From contig OZ245842.1 in NCBI GenBank assembly GCA_965228895.1, positions 2,432,001-2,496,000 of the forward strand: DNA of 64,000 bases, read 5' to 3'. The notes under the pieces are model-generated. The model had not been told where the DNA came from and made no database searches. It worked only from the letters and a program-made list of their open reading frames with translations. This document shows positions 10,080-20,223 of the stretch, piece by piece (the first letter of the stretch is position 1; each line of letters begins with the position of its first letter). The position numbers and the translations under genes are program-made. Source of the DNA: Alphaproteobacteria bacterium. Lineage in GTDB: Bacteria > Pseudomonadota > Alphaproteobacteria > SP197.

Positions 10080-10140
10080 GGCTCTACTCCACTTTTCGGC
10101 GCGGCCCAAACGCTAAGACCACGCGCGATGCCCAACAATC

Positions 10141-10172
10141 GAGTTTTGGGTGACATCTGTTTCTAAAAACTC
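10141..10172. promoter_or_regulatory. Inverted repeat, candidate LysR operator
   Basis: GAGTTTT-N18-AAAACTC between the divergent Rieske and LysR genes. Confidence 0.4.
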
Positions 10173-10184
10173 AACAATTGAGAG

Positions 10185-11105
10185 ATGAGCGAACGCCTTC
10201 CATCCCTTAACGCCTTACGGGCCTTCGAGGCCGTGGCCCGCACCGGCTCGGTCGCGGCAGCCGCAGACGAGTTAAGCGTGACGGCCGGCGCCGTCAGCCG
10301 GCAACTGGCCCGGCTTGAAGCGGACCTGAACCTCGCGCTTCTGGAGCGCGAAGGCCGTGGCCTGCGCCTGACAGCAGCCGGCGAGCGTTGTTACGCCGGC
10401 CTTCAGCCGGCCTTTGAGCAAATCGCCCGCACGGTGTCACAACTGCACCAGCGGCGTCGGCGCGATGAGCTGGTGATCGCCGCTGAGCCGGTGTTTGCGG
10501 CGACCTGGCTGATTCAGCGCCTTGAGGGGTTTCGCCGAGCCGTCCCCCAGATCGACATCACCATCGATGCCAGCGCGCAACGCAGCGACACCCGCCATCC
10601 GACCGCGGACCTCATTCTCGACTACGGCCGGCTTGCCGATGTCGCGGGGTTCGACTGCATCAAACTGATCGACGAGGAGATCTTCCCGGTCTGCGATCCC
10701 GAGACCGCAAAGCGCATCCAAGATGCCAATGGGCTCGACGAGATCACCCTTCTCCACTATGACGCGGCGCCACGATCGTGGGACTGGCCGGACTGGGCGA
10801 CATGGCTTCAGGCGGTCGGTCATGACGGCATCGATGCAGCGCGGGGTCCGCGGTTTGTGGCCGGCACGCTGGTGATGGACGCCGCGCGCAACGGCCAGGG
10901 TGTTGCGTTGGCCACCACCTCGATCGCACACGACGATATCAAAACTGAGCGCCTGGTGCGCCCGTCTGCCAGCAGCTTGGCGACCGACTGCGCCTACTAC
11001 CTGCTCATCCCCGAATCAAAACGCGCGCGTCGCGAGGTCACGGCGTTTCAGGCATGGTTGTTCGACGCTCTCGAAGACTGCTTCCCGTCACGACGCGAGC
11101 GCTGA
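10185..11105 (+). CDS. LysR family regulator (GcvA-like)
   Basis: RLPSLNALRAFEAVAR..S...AADEL HTH; GQGVAL. Confidence 0.92.
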   Translation: MSERLPSLNALRAFEAVARTGSVAAAADELSVTAGAVSRQLARLEADLNLALLEREGRGLRLTAAGERCYAGLQPAFEQIARTVSQLHQRRRRDELVIAAEPVFAATWLIQRLEGFRRAVPQIDITIDASAQRSDTRHPTADLILDYGRLADVAGFDCIKLIDEEIFPVCDPETAKRIQDANGLDEITLLHYDAAPRSWDWPDWATWLQAVGHDGIDAARGPRFVAGTLVMDAARNGQGVALATTSIAHDDIKTERLVRPSASSLATDCAYYLLIPESKRARREVTAFQAWLFDALEDCFPSRRER

Positions 11106-11186
11106 AACGGCAACACCATCACATCATCGCTTTGTTCGGGTGATCGTTGTACGCCTGCCGTTGAGTGTTCCGGCAACAAACACGCC

Positions 11187-11504
11187 TCAGTCGTTGACCA
11201 GGCTCTCAAGGTAAGCGATCAGCGCATCGATCTCGCTTTCGGAGAACGTGAACTCCGGCATCTCGGGATGGCCGACGACAATACCTTCGGCAAGTGCTTC
11301 GGCAAGGTGGGAAGGCGGCCATTGCTGGACGACGTCGCGAAACGGTGGCGCGTCGTCGTGCGGGCTGTCGCCGTCGACGCCGATTGCGTGGCAGCGGGCG
11401 CAGTTCTCCTCGGCCAAGACGCGGCCGGGCTCAACATCCGGGTTGTCTTGCGCCACGGCCTCCGCAGCGGCCAATCCCAACACCAACACGGCAACGGGTA
11501 ACAT
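11187..11504 (-). CDS. Small periplasmic monoheme cytochrome c
   Basis: Signal peptide, CARCH, GHPEMPEF, LIAYLESL. Confidence 0.85.
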   Translation of the reverse strand: MLPVAVLVLGLAAAEAVAQDNPDVEPGRVLAEENCARCHAIGVDGDSPHDDAPPFRDVVQQWPPSHLAEALAEGIVVGHPEMPEFTFSESEIDALIAYLESLVND

Positions 11505-11554
11505 CCGGCGCCCTCGTTTTCCGACCGCCCGCCGTCTTGTTCGTGACCTCGTTA

Positions 11555-13168
11555 TCACACTGCCTCCATCCAGAAGGGTTCGCGGGACTGAAACTGCTCC
11601 CAGGCATCGCCGAGGTCGGCTTTGCGCTGCTGGCCAATGCCGCCCCACCAGCCGAGCACCTGCCCGGCGGCCCGGACCAATTCGTGGCCCGCATCGCCGT
11701 CTACGCCATCGGCGATCAAACTTTCGAGCCTCGCCTCGGTAACGGCGATGTCGTTCATCACGCCGAGATCGTCCTGAAGGCGCGAGAGGTCTTGACGAAA
11801 CTGACGGCGGCGCCTGTCGGTTTTATCGGCCGGCATATAGTCGATCGAATAGCGTAGTTTTTTGATCGCGATACGCAAGTCGTGACGCTGCTCGTCGGTC
11901 CCGGTAACCACATGCTCGCCCAACGCCATGACGTCGCGATGCTGCCGCGACAACAATTTGGCAGCCCGCTTTTTCAGAGGCTGCTCGAGACGTTTTGCCT
12001 CTTTCTTGCTCCTGTGGTGACGCCAAGCGTTGCGTTCGAGCCAGCGGCCGAAGTCCAAGACGAACCGACCGTAACGCGGCGAATGGATTGCATGACGCAG
12101 CGTCTCATAAGCGATCGCCCGTGCCGTTTCAGCACGGTGATGGAGACCAAGGAGACCTCGATCTCCCGGATTGGCCTCAACGACAGGGTCCAGAATCTCG
12201 GTCAAGAAGACGTCGAGATCCCGTGCCGGACCCAGGCAGTCAGCCAGCCACCGGCATTCTGTCTTTAGCCACTTCGCCTGCTCATCGGGCAGGAAGTGGC
12301 CGAAGACAACAAGCGCCGATCTTAACCGGCGAAGCGCGACACGCATCTGATGGACACCCTCGGGGTCGCTGCCGTCGACGGCCGCCGCCTCATTGGTCAG
12401 CCAGTTCGAGAACCCGGTGCGGAACACCGTAGCGATGGCATCGTCAATGGTAATCTCGAACGGCAGGGCCGGTTTTTCGGAAGTGCGCCACGGTGGCGGC
12501 GCCCCCGAAATCAGGCCGTAGCCACGATCGGACTTGCTGCGCGTTCCCACATGCAGTGGATAGTGTTGATGCAGTTCGAGGGCCAAGTCATAGAGCGCGC
12601 CGGGATCGCCCTGCAGCAATTCAAGCTCGATCTCCAGAATGGGCAACTCGCCTGCATCGGACCTTATGACGCCACGGTCGCACGCAATTTCAATCAGCGA
12701 CGAACGACCATCATCATTGCAATAGGTCAACAAGCTCACCAAGCGGTCATACTTGGTCGTAAAGACCGCCCGCAACTCACCGCATTGGTCGCCGTCCAGT
12801 CCCGCGACCGCGGTGACCGTATCCAACCATTCGGGATGTGGTTCAAAACCGGGAACCTCGACCTTGCGCTCCTCACGGTCCATGGTGCCCGCGCGGCGCC
12901 CTGCCGACTTGACGGTTTGAACATACCGTCCGTCTTCGTCGCGCACCCGCAAGCAAGCGCCACGTTCGTTCAGCGTCATAGTGGGCGTATCGTAATACAC
13001 GGCATGCATATGCGTGCGCTTGCCATCGCGCGCCGCCGCCAGAAGACGCGGCGTCTCCAACAGGATCGCCATGCCCTCGGGGTCGGTGTGCAGCTTAAGT
13101 TCGACTTCTTTTTGCTGCTCGGCGCCCGCTCGCGCAGACGATGCCTTTTTCTTGTTTTGAAGGTTCAA
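11555..13168 (-). CDS. CYTH + CHAD domain protein (inorganic triphosphatase/polyphosphate-binding)
   Basis: EVELKL, YYDTP, LRVR, EIELEL (CYTH); VHQMRVALRRLRS, HDLRIAIKKLRY, LQDDLG (CHAD); start approximate. Confidence 0.9.
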   Translation of the reverse strand: MNLQNKKKASSARAGAEQQKEVELKLHTDPEGMAILLETPRLLAAARDGKRTHMHAVYYDTPTMTLNERGACLRVRDEDGRYVQTVKSAGRRAGTMDREERKVEVPGFEPHPEWLDTVTAVAGLDGDQCGELRAVFTTKYDRLVSLLTYCNDDGRSSLIEIACDRGVIRSDAGELPILEIELELLQGDPGALYDLALELHQHYPLHVGTRSKSDRGYGLISGAPPPWRTSEKPALPFEITIDDAIATVFRTGFSNWLTNEAAAVDGSDPEGVHQMRVALRRLRSALVVFGHFLPDEQAKWLKTECRWLADCLGPARDLDVFLTEILDPVVEANPGDRGLLGLHHRAETARAIAYETLRHAIHSPRYGRFVLDFGRWLERNAWRHHRSKKEAKRLEQPLKKRAAKLLSRQHRDVMALGEHVVTGTDEQRHDLRIAIKKLRYSIDYMPADKTDRRRRQFRQDLSRLQDDLGVMNDIAVTEARLESLIADGVDGDAGHELVRAAGQVLGWWGGIGQQRKADLGDAWEQFQSREPFWMEAV

Positions 13169-13268
13169 CACAACCTCATCGCCGGCGTGACCGGGCCGGC
13201 AAAACCCATGAACGCGTCCCTCCACCGCGCATTTGACGTTATTCACCGTCGGGGTCAAGACAAAGCGG

Positions 13269-14270
13269 CTATGCCGTACGGAGTATTTCCTCAGCCGAAA
13301 GATCAATCAGCCGATTGAGGTCGCGTTGCAGCAGGGTGTCGTCGACACCCTGGGCAATCGCCACCACGCGCGATGTTGCATCGTCACGTGCCGGCATGGC
13401 CGTCACAACAGGTCGGTGGAAACAGCCCTGAACGGCGTCGATACGCACCAATCCGTCGACACCATCGACAGCGAGCAGACCTTTCAAGCGCAGAAGACCG
13501 GTGCCGTAATGCTCAATCAGTTGCGCCAGCGCCCGCTCCAGCTGATCCCAGGACGCAGATCCCGCGCGTGTACATGAAACTGTCACAATGTCGTTCAGTC
13601 GATGCGATGGTGCGGGTCCGCCTTCATCCATCCCGGGCGCTGTGGCACGGCCATTCATGGCAAGCAAGACATCGACAGGCACGTCCCCCATCGAGGCCGT
13701 GACGATCACAGCCTCCGCGTTCAGCGCGAAGACCTCCGCGACCACCGCGTCAGCGGCGCCCAGATCGGTCTTGGTCACCACCATCATGTCGGCAAAGGCA
13801 ACTTGGCGGCGCGCCTCCTCGTGATTGACCAGACTCGCGACACCGGCCACCGCGTCGACACACGTAACGGTTCGGTCGAACGCGTAGCGCGAAAGCCGCA
13901 GCGGGTCGCTCCAAAACATGCGGATCAGCGCACCAGGATCAGCAAGACCGGTGGTCTCGATCATGACCCGCGAGAAATTGGGCACCTCACCCCTCACCTG
14001 CCGGTCCAGCAGGCTCTGCAATGTCGCGATGAGGTCGCCCTGCAGCGTGCAGCACAAACATCCGTTATCGAGCAGAACTGTTGTTTCATCGCCGCGCTCG
14101 AGCAGCAGATGATCGAGCCCCACTTCGCCGAACTCATTGACAACAACGGCGGTGTCCTCAAGTTCGGGCTGGGCCAGCAGGTGACGCAGCAAGGTGGTTT
14201 TGCCGCTGCCCAGAAACCCGGTGATCATGGTCACCGGGATCGGCGCCTCACGAATCAGACCTGATGTCAT
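13269..14270 (-). CDS. CobW/COG0523 family metallochaperone GTPase
   Basis: ITGFLGSGKTT, NEFGE, GCLCC, ETTGLADP. Confidence 0.92.
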   Translation of the reverse strand: MTSGLIREAPIPVTMITGFLGSGKTTLLRHLLAQPELEDTAVVVNEFGEVGLDHLLLERGDETTVLLDNGCLCCTLQGDLIATLQSLLDRQVRGEVPNFSRVMIETTGLADPGALIRMFWSDPLRLSRYAFDRTVTCVDAVAGVASLVNHEEARRQVAFADMMVVTKTDLGAADAVVAEVFALNAEAVIVTASMGDVPVDVLLAMNGRATAPGMDEGGPAPSHRLNDIVTVSCTRAGSASWDQLERALAQLIEHYGTGLLRLKGLLAVDGVDGLVRIDAVQGCFHRPVVTAMPARDDATSRVVAIAQGVDDTLLQRDLNRLIDLSAEEILRTA

Positions 14271-15673
14271 GACGCCAGCCGATCGCCTGAAAGCCAGGTC
14301 CCGTCCCAGAACGTTTCCGGCGCCGTCGTCATCAAATCAAAGGCACCATAACGCGGCGGCGACAGTTTTCGACCGCCGACGCGCTCGGCAAGTTCCTTCT
14401 TGGCCTCCGCGATCGCGATCGGCGACTCCAGCAAGTCGACAGCGGTCAGCGCAACGCCTTCCGACGCCATCAGCCCGCCTTGAATGCCCGATGTGTGGCC
14501 CGACATCGCCGTCGTTGCCCAATTGTGGAACAACACCCCCAGAGGCTCGGCCCAGTTAACCCGCGCCAGTGGGATGTACCAACTGGCTTCGCCGTCGTCC
14601 TGACCAAAGGGATCGCAGCCCTCGGTATGCAGCCTTGTCTTGCGGTCGAGTATGACATCCATCTGTGGACTGCAGGCCTTCGAAAGCTCGGCCATGAATG
14701 CCACGTCGTTATCGCTCCAATCCGGTGGCCCGATGGTATCGAGGTGGGATTGCATGACACGACCCAAGGTATGGTTAGGCAAGTAGCCGCGGGAGGCCGA
14801 GATGAACTGCTCGGAAAAGTTTGTGTTCGTATAGCGCGCGGCGTCAGCGGCGATCGGCAGGATCTGATTGTAGACTTCCTCGGCACGCTCAAAGCTCTCT
14901 TGGCGCACCGTGATCCACAGGCGGGCCTCGTCGCAGGTGATGCTCGGCATCAGCCCGGCGACACGCAGCACATGCCCGATGATCGCATCGTTGAACTGAT
15001 GCGCGCGCAGCCGCTCCATGGACTGGACCATAAGTTCAGCCGCATCCAACGCGTTCTGCGAACGCCGCGAGCCGCCGTGCCCGGAGACGCCGGAAAAGAC
15101 AAACTCAGACGACACACAGGACAGGCAGGGACGGGATATCGCCCCGTTCTGCTGATCGCCATGACTGGTCAAAAGCGCATCGATGCCGTCGAAGGCACCG
15201 CGTTCGAACATCGCGATCTTGCCCCACAACAGCTCCTCGGCCGGCGTACCCAACACGACCAGAGCACCGCCCAGACCAAGCGATTCCATCGCGTGACGGG
15301 TAGCGATCGCCGCGCCGACATTGGCCGCGCCGATCAGGTTGTGGCCGCAGGCATGGCCGGCGCGATGGCCGTCGGGCGCGCGTCGCGGCTCCGCAAGGTT
15401 ACCCTGCCCAGGTAAGGCATCGTATTCGGCCAGCAGACCCAAGGTCGGGCCTTCACCGTTCGACCAGACGGCGCGGAACGCCGTCGGAATGCCACACACG
15501 CCGCGCTCGACAGAGAACTTGTGGTCGGCGAGCCAGGCCGACAGCGCGGCCTCGGCCTGATACTCCATCATCGGCAGCTCGGGATGTTCCCAAATGCCGG
15601 AGCACATGGACTCGACGTCCGGGCGGAGAGCCGCCCAGGCCTCACGCGTCGCTGCGATTGATTTGTCGTCCAT
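14267..15673 (-). CDS. M20 amidohydrolase (AbgB-like)
   Basis: IWEHPEL, AEYDALPG, GHACGHNLIG, GTPAEE. Confidence 0.85.
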   Translation of the reverse strand: MDDKSIAATREAWAALRPDVESMCSGIWEHPELPMMEYQAEAALSAWLADHKFSVERGVCGIPTAFRAVWSNGEGPTLGLLAEYDALPGQGNLAEPRRAPDGHRAGHACGHNLIGAANVGAAIATRHAMESLGLGGALVVLGTPAEELLWGKIAMFERGAFDGIDALLTSHGDQQNGAISRPCLSCVSSEFVFSGVSGHGGSRRSQNALDAAELMVQSMERLRAHQFNDAIIGHVLRVAGLMPSITCDEARLWITVRQESFERAEEVYNQILPIAADAARYTNTNFSEQFISASRGYLPNHTLGRVMQSHLDTIGPPDWSDNDVAFMAELSKACSPQMDVILDRKTRLHTEGCDPFGQDDGEASWYIPLARVNWAEPLGVLFHNWATTAMSGHTSGIQGGLMASEGVALTAVDLLESPIAIAEAKKELAERVGGRKLSPPRYGAFDLMTTAPETFWDGTWLSGDRLAS

Positions 15674-15675
15674 TG

Positions 15676-16437
15676 CTACCCCGCGGTGTACCCGCCATCG
15701 ACAACCATTTCCGAGCCGGTCACAAACGTCGATTCATCGCTCGCCAGATAGACGACCATATGCGCGATATCGTCGGAATCGCCCATACGGCCGAGAGAGT
15801 GCATGGCTGACAGCGCCTCGGCCTCGCTCTCGCCAATCTCGTCAATGAAATGGCGCACCATGCTGGTCAGCATGTAGCCCGGATGAATCGAGTTGCAGCG
15901 TATGTTGGTCTTCTGTTTGGCACAATGAACGGCGACCGATTTTGTCAACAGCCTTACCGCACCCTTGCTGGCGCAGTAGGCCAAGGACTCACCTGAGCCA
16001 CGCAATCCCAAGACAGACGAGAGGTTGATGATGGAACCACCGCCGGCCCGGCGCATCGGATCGATGGCAAGACGGCAGCCCAGGAACGTGCCGTTGAGAT
16101 TGACGTCCAGCATGGTGTTCCACAGGTCGTCATCACACTCGGCGATGGTGTCGTTTTCCAACCCGATGCCCGCGCTGTTCACCAGCACATTCAGTTTGCC
16201 GAACTGTCGAAGCGTGGTGTCGATGGCCGACCGCCACGCGGCCTCATCGGTGACGTCGTGATGGTGATAGAAGCCCCGCGCGCCAAGCATCGCGGCGGTC
16301 TCGGTGCCGCCGGCATCGTCGATGTCGGTGACGCAGACCAACGCGCCCTCCTCGACCATGCGGATGGCGCTTTGGCGCCCGAAACCGGACGCGCCGCCGG
16401 TGATCAGGGCCACCTTGTTTTTCAGACGCCTGCTCAT
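15676..16437 (-). CDS. Short-chain dehydrogenase/reductase
   Basis: TGGASGFG, NSAG, YCASK, NSIHPG. Confidence 0.92.
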   Translation of the reverse strand: MSRRLKNKVALITGGASGFGRQSAIRMVEEGALVCVTDIDDAGGTETAAMLGARGFYHHHDVTDEAAWRSAIDTTLRQFGKLNVLVNSAGIGLENDTIAECDDDLWNTMLDVNLNGTFLGCRLAIDPMRRAGGGSIINLSSVLGLRGSGESLAYCASKGAVRLLTKSVAVHCAKQKTNIRCNSIHPGYMLTSMVRHFIDEIGESEAEALSAMHSLGRMGDSDDIAHMVVYLASDESTFVTGSEMVVDGGYTAG

Positions 16438-17213
16438 CCCGCCGTCGTCCCCCCGTCGATGACCATTTCCGCGCCCGTCACCAATCGCGACTCATCGCTC
16501 GCCAGGTAGACGATCATGTGCCCGACATCCTCGGCCGTGCCGCGGTAATCGACGGCCATGAAGCTGTCCCACAACTCCCGCTCGCTTTCGGGATCGTCGC
16601 TCTCAGCGATGTAGGTGTGGACCATCGGCGTTTCGATGACGCCGGGGTGTACGGAGTTGCAGCGCACGCCAAGTCTGTTGTCCGCACAATAAAGCGCGAT
16701 CGACTTGGTCAGCAGCCTGACACCGCCCTTGCTGGTGTCATAGGCGCACATCGCGTCATCGGCGACAATACCGGCGACCGAGGAGAGATTGATGATCGAA
16801 CCGCCACCATGGTCCCGCATGTGCGCGACAGCCAGACGGCAACCGCGCCACGTGCCCGTCAGGTTGACATCGATGACCTGATGCCAATCCTCCAGCGTCG
16901 TGTCCTCGACCGTCCCGTTGCGCAGGATGCCCGCACAGTTCACCAAGACATGCCATCCGCCGAAGACCTTCTGCGTCTCGGCGGCGACCCGCTCCCAGTC
17001 GTCGTTCTTTGTCACATCCAGGCGGGCCGAAGCCGCGTTCTCGCCGATCTCGGCAGCGACACGGTCAGCGCCGGCGGCATCGACATCCGCGAGCATGACG
17101 CGCGCGCCTTCGCCTGCCAGCATCCTAGCCGTCGCCGCCCCGATGCCGGATCCTCCACCGGTCACCAATGCCACCTTACCGTCTACGCGACCCATGCCCC
17201 TCCCCATCTGCAA
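16434..17213 (-). CDS. Short-chain dehydrogenase/reductase (tandem paralog)
   Basis: TGGGSGIG, NCAG, YDTSK, NSVHPG. Confidence 0.92.
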   Translation of the reverse strand: MQMGRGMGRVDGKVALVTGGGSGIGAATARMLAGEGARVMLADVDAAGADRVAAEIGENAASARLDVTKNDDWERVAAETQKVFGGWHVLVNCAGILRNGTVEDTTLEDWHQVIDVNLTGTWRGCRLAVAHMRDHGGGSIINLSSVAGIVADDAMCAYDTSKGGVRLLTKSIALYCADNRLGVRCNSVHPGVIETPMVHTYIAESDDPESERELWDSFMAVDYRGTAEDVGHMIVYLASDESRLVTGAEMVIDGGTTAG

Positions 17214-17267
17214 CTTGTCCGGTTATTACAAACGAAATGCCAACACCTGCCAAGGCGATCAAACGGG

Positions 17268-18209
17268 TCATTGATTGGCATCGTCCAGTGGTGCGGATTC
17301 TGGCCGGTCGGGAACACTGCGCCGGCGGCCCAATCGGCCCTCGCGATGCAGGATGTAGAGACCGCTGGCGACGACGATGACGGCGCCGGCGATCACCCAT
17401 GTATCCGGCACCGTCCCGAAGACGATATAGCCCGCCGGCACCGCCCAGATCAGGCTGGTGTAGCGGAACGGCGCGACCAGACCAATCTCGGCATGACGCA
17501 CCGCCTCGATCATCAGGTATTGGGCGGCGCCCAACAGCATGCCGCTCGCCGCCAGCAGCCCGACCTCAAGCCAAGACGGTGTGGACCAGCCGAATGGAAG
17601 CGTCACCGCGCCGGCGAACGTAACGGCGACGGTCGATACCATCAGGATGGAAGACGAGCTGTCGGTAACGGAAAGTCGACGCGTCACGATGTCGCGCAAT
17701 GCACCGGTGATGACGGCACCAAGGGGCAGTAAAGCCGCCAGGACAAATGCACCCTCGCCCGGCCGCAACATCACGAGCACACCGACAAAATCGGTGCATA
17801 CGGCTGTCCAACGACGCCAGCCGACCTTCTCCTTAAGGAAGGGCACCGCAAGCGCGGTGGCAAACAGAGGGGCAGCGAAGGTCAACGCAATCGCCTCAGC
17901 GAGCGGCAATAGGCTGAGCCCCGTGATGAACAGAAACATGCCGGTCACAACGATCAGCGCACGAGCTCCCTGGCCCTTGGGGCTGTAGACACGCAGGCGG
18001 TAGAAACCGCCTTCGTGCCGGGCCAGCACCACGACCGGCAGGAAGACAAACAGGCCGCGCAGGCACATAATCTGGCCGACCGGCATGTCGCCGGTCAGCC
18101 ACTTCAAGATCGTGTCGTTCAGGGTGACCAGCAAACAACTTGCGATCGTGCACAAGACGCCCTTGAGACCGGCCCCCGCGATGGCGGGGCGGGCGCCCCG
18201 TTCGCTCAC
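17268..18209 (-). CDS. DMT/EamA family transporter
   Basis: About 10 TM segments; [21 protein letters not shown]; APFRY. Confidence 0.88.
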   Translation of the reverse strand: MSERGARPAIAGAGLKGVLCTIASCLLVTLNDTILKWLTGDMPVGQIMCLRGLFVFLPVVVLARHEGGFYRLRVYSPKGQGARALIVVTGMFLFITGLSLLPLAEAIALTFAAPLFATALAVPFLKEKVGWRRWTAVCTDFVGVLVMLRPGEGAFVLAALLPLGAVITGALRDIVTRRLSVTDSSSSILMVSTVAVTFAGAVTLPFGWSTPSWLEVGLLAASGMLLGAAQYLMIEAVRHAEIGLVAPFRYTSLIWAVPAGYIVFGTVPDTWVIAGAVIVVASGLYILHREGRLGRRRSVPDRPESAPLDDANQ

Positions 18210-20038
18210 GCGACGTCGACGACGTTGTCAGCGGTCAGGGATGCAGGCAAACGCACGGTCACGGTGGTTCCGACACCGACCTCGCTTTCGATCGCGATCT
18301 CGCCATCGTGGAGATCGATCAGGGACCGGGTGATGGCAAGGCCCAGGCCGGCGCCTTCGTGACGCCGCGCAAGCGTCGAATCCGCCTGGCCAAACGGCTC
18401 CATCACCGTACCGATCTTGTCTTTGGGAATACCGATGCCGTTGTCGGAAACCGTAATGACAATGCTCTCGACAGTGTGGCTCGCGTTGACCTTGACCAGA
18501 CCGCCCGTCTTGCGGTCGATGAACTTCACGGCATTGGTCAGCAGATTCAGCAAGACTTGGCGCAAGCCGCGCTCATCGGCCATGAACTGGGGCAAGTGCG
18601 GGTCGCAGGTCACCTCGATCTCGATGGACCGGTCCGCCGCCGACTGACGCGCCAGGGTGACAGCCCAGGTAATGACCTCTTCCAGGTCGATCAGGCTGCG
18701 GTGGATCGTCATACGCCCGGACTCGATACGCGCGAAATCCAGAATGTCGTTGATCAGGTCTAAGAGATGTTTGCCGCTGACGTTGATATCGCCGGCATAC
18801 TCGCGCACCCGCTCATGGTCGAAGTTGATGCCCATGTCGGATTGCAGGAGCTCGGAGAAGCCGATGATGGCGTTCAGCGGCGTTCTCAGCTCGTGGCTCA
18901 TGTTGGCGATGAACTGGCTCTTGGCCTCGTTGGCTTGCTCGGCACGAAGCTTGGCGTCACGCAGCGCCTCAACCGCGACCTTGCCTTCGGTGACATCCTC
19001 GAGGGCATGGATCACGCGGCCCCAGTCGTTGCGATAGACGTCGGGGATAAAGGCCGTGTTCCTGACGCAGATCTGTTGCTTATCATAGGTCTGCTCCCAG
19101 ACCTCGCCAAAGAAGCTGTTCTCGCCCATGGCGAACGTGATCAGCGTGTCGCGAAACGCAACCTCTTCGTCCTCGGTTCTGAAATCGATCTCGGCCATGG
19201 CGCGGAAGGCTTCACGACTGGGCGCGCGATAGAGATCGACGGTCTGCTCGTTGAAGTCGATGATGTCGACCTCATTGGCAATCTGTTTCACGACGTCCGG
19301 GTTGAGTTTGAAGTAGAGATCGAAATCGGCGATGCCATCATCGCGCAGACGCTCGATCTCGGCCTTGGCCTTCGACCAGTCCTCTTCCCAAATGGCGATC
19401 GGCGCCTGCTGGAACAGCTCGCGGTAGCGCGACTGGGTCGCGGCGGTTTCGTGCTCGCGGATTGCGCCGATCCCTGTCGCCGCATGCGCAACGATGACGA
19501 CGTTCAGGCCCATCAGGATCAACGTGACCAAATACAAAGGCGCGGCCTGATCGTCAGGGACGACGCTGGCCGGCAACAGACCGTTACCGCCTGCAACACC
19601 CAGTATGACGGCGGCGACAAGCACCATCGCGGTGGTCAGCACAATGCCGCGCCGGTCGCCGGCGACCACCTCTTCCAGCAAGACGTAGAGGAATAGCGGC
19701 ATCATGAACGACGTTAAGCCGCCCGTGCCCCAGCATCCGGCGGCCACCACAATGGTAATCAAAAAGGCGCCAAGCATGCGCACCGCAAAAAGCCGGTGGG
19801 CCAGCCGCAACAAGACGACCATGGCGATCGGCACAACGATCGTCGCGGCGAACCAGACGTACTCGCCGACAGTCAACGCATCCCGGTAAAGCAGGTAGAT
19901 CGGGAACAACACCGCCAGGACCAAGGCGGTCATTACCCGGCACCAGACATAGTTCCGGTAAGGCAGGGGATCTGCCGACTCGGGCAGGCGATCGCCACCG
20001 TAGAGATTGTCGAGATATCGTGGATACAATTCCGTCAC
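18206..20038 (-). CDS. Membrane sensor histidine kinase (PleC/DivJ-like HisKA) with PAS-like region
   Basis: N-terminal TM helices; [18 protein letters not shown]; NLLTNAVKF; DNGIGI; GAGLGL. Confidence 0.9.
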   Translation of the reverse strand: MTELYPRYLDNLYGGDRLPESADPLPYRNYVWCRVMTALVLAVLFPIYLLYRDALTVGEYVWFAATIVVPIAMVVLLRLAHRLFAVRMLGAFLITIVVAAGCWGTGGLTSFMMPLFLYVLLEEVVAGDRRGIVLTTAMVLVAAVILGVAGGNGLLPASVVPDDQAAPLYLVTLILMGLNVVIVAHAATGIGAIREHETAATQSRYRELFQQAPIAIWEEDWSKAKAEIERLRDDGIADFDLYFKLNPDVVKQIANEVDIIDFNEQTVDLYRAPSREAFRAMAEIDFRTEDEEVAFRDTLITFAMGENSFFGEVWEQTYDKQQICVRNTAFIPDVYRNDWGRVIHALEDVTEGKVAVEALRDAKLRAEQANEAKSQFIANMSHELRTPLNAIIGFSELLQSDMGINFDHERVREYAGDINVSGKHLLDLINDILDFARIESGRMTIHRSLIDLEEVITWAVTLARQSAADRSIEIEVTCDPHLPQFMADERGLRQVLLNLLTNAVKFIDRKTGGLVKVNASHTVESIVITVSDNGIGIPKDKIGTVMEPFGQADSTLARRHEGAGLGLAITRSLIDLHDGEIAIESEVGVGTTVTVRLPASLTADNVVDVA

Positions 20039-20223
20039 ACGTCCGCCTCATCCCGGCGCCGCCCCACCCCGGACAGCCTACCGAACCCAAGACATATAGC
20101 GCGATATCCCTGTCGAGGCGACTCACCAGCATCTTCTTGCAGCGGCCCCGGCCGCCGCGTACATAGCAACGACAACAAGGCCGGGGCATCTGGCCGCATC
20201 CGAGCGTCTGGGAGGGTATTCGC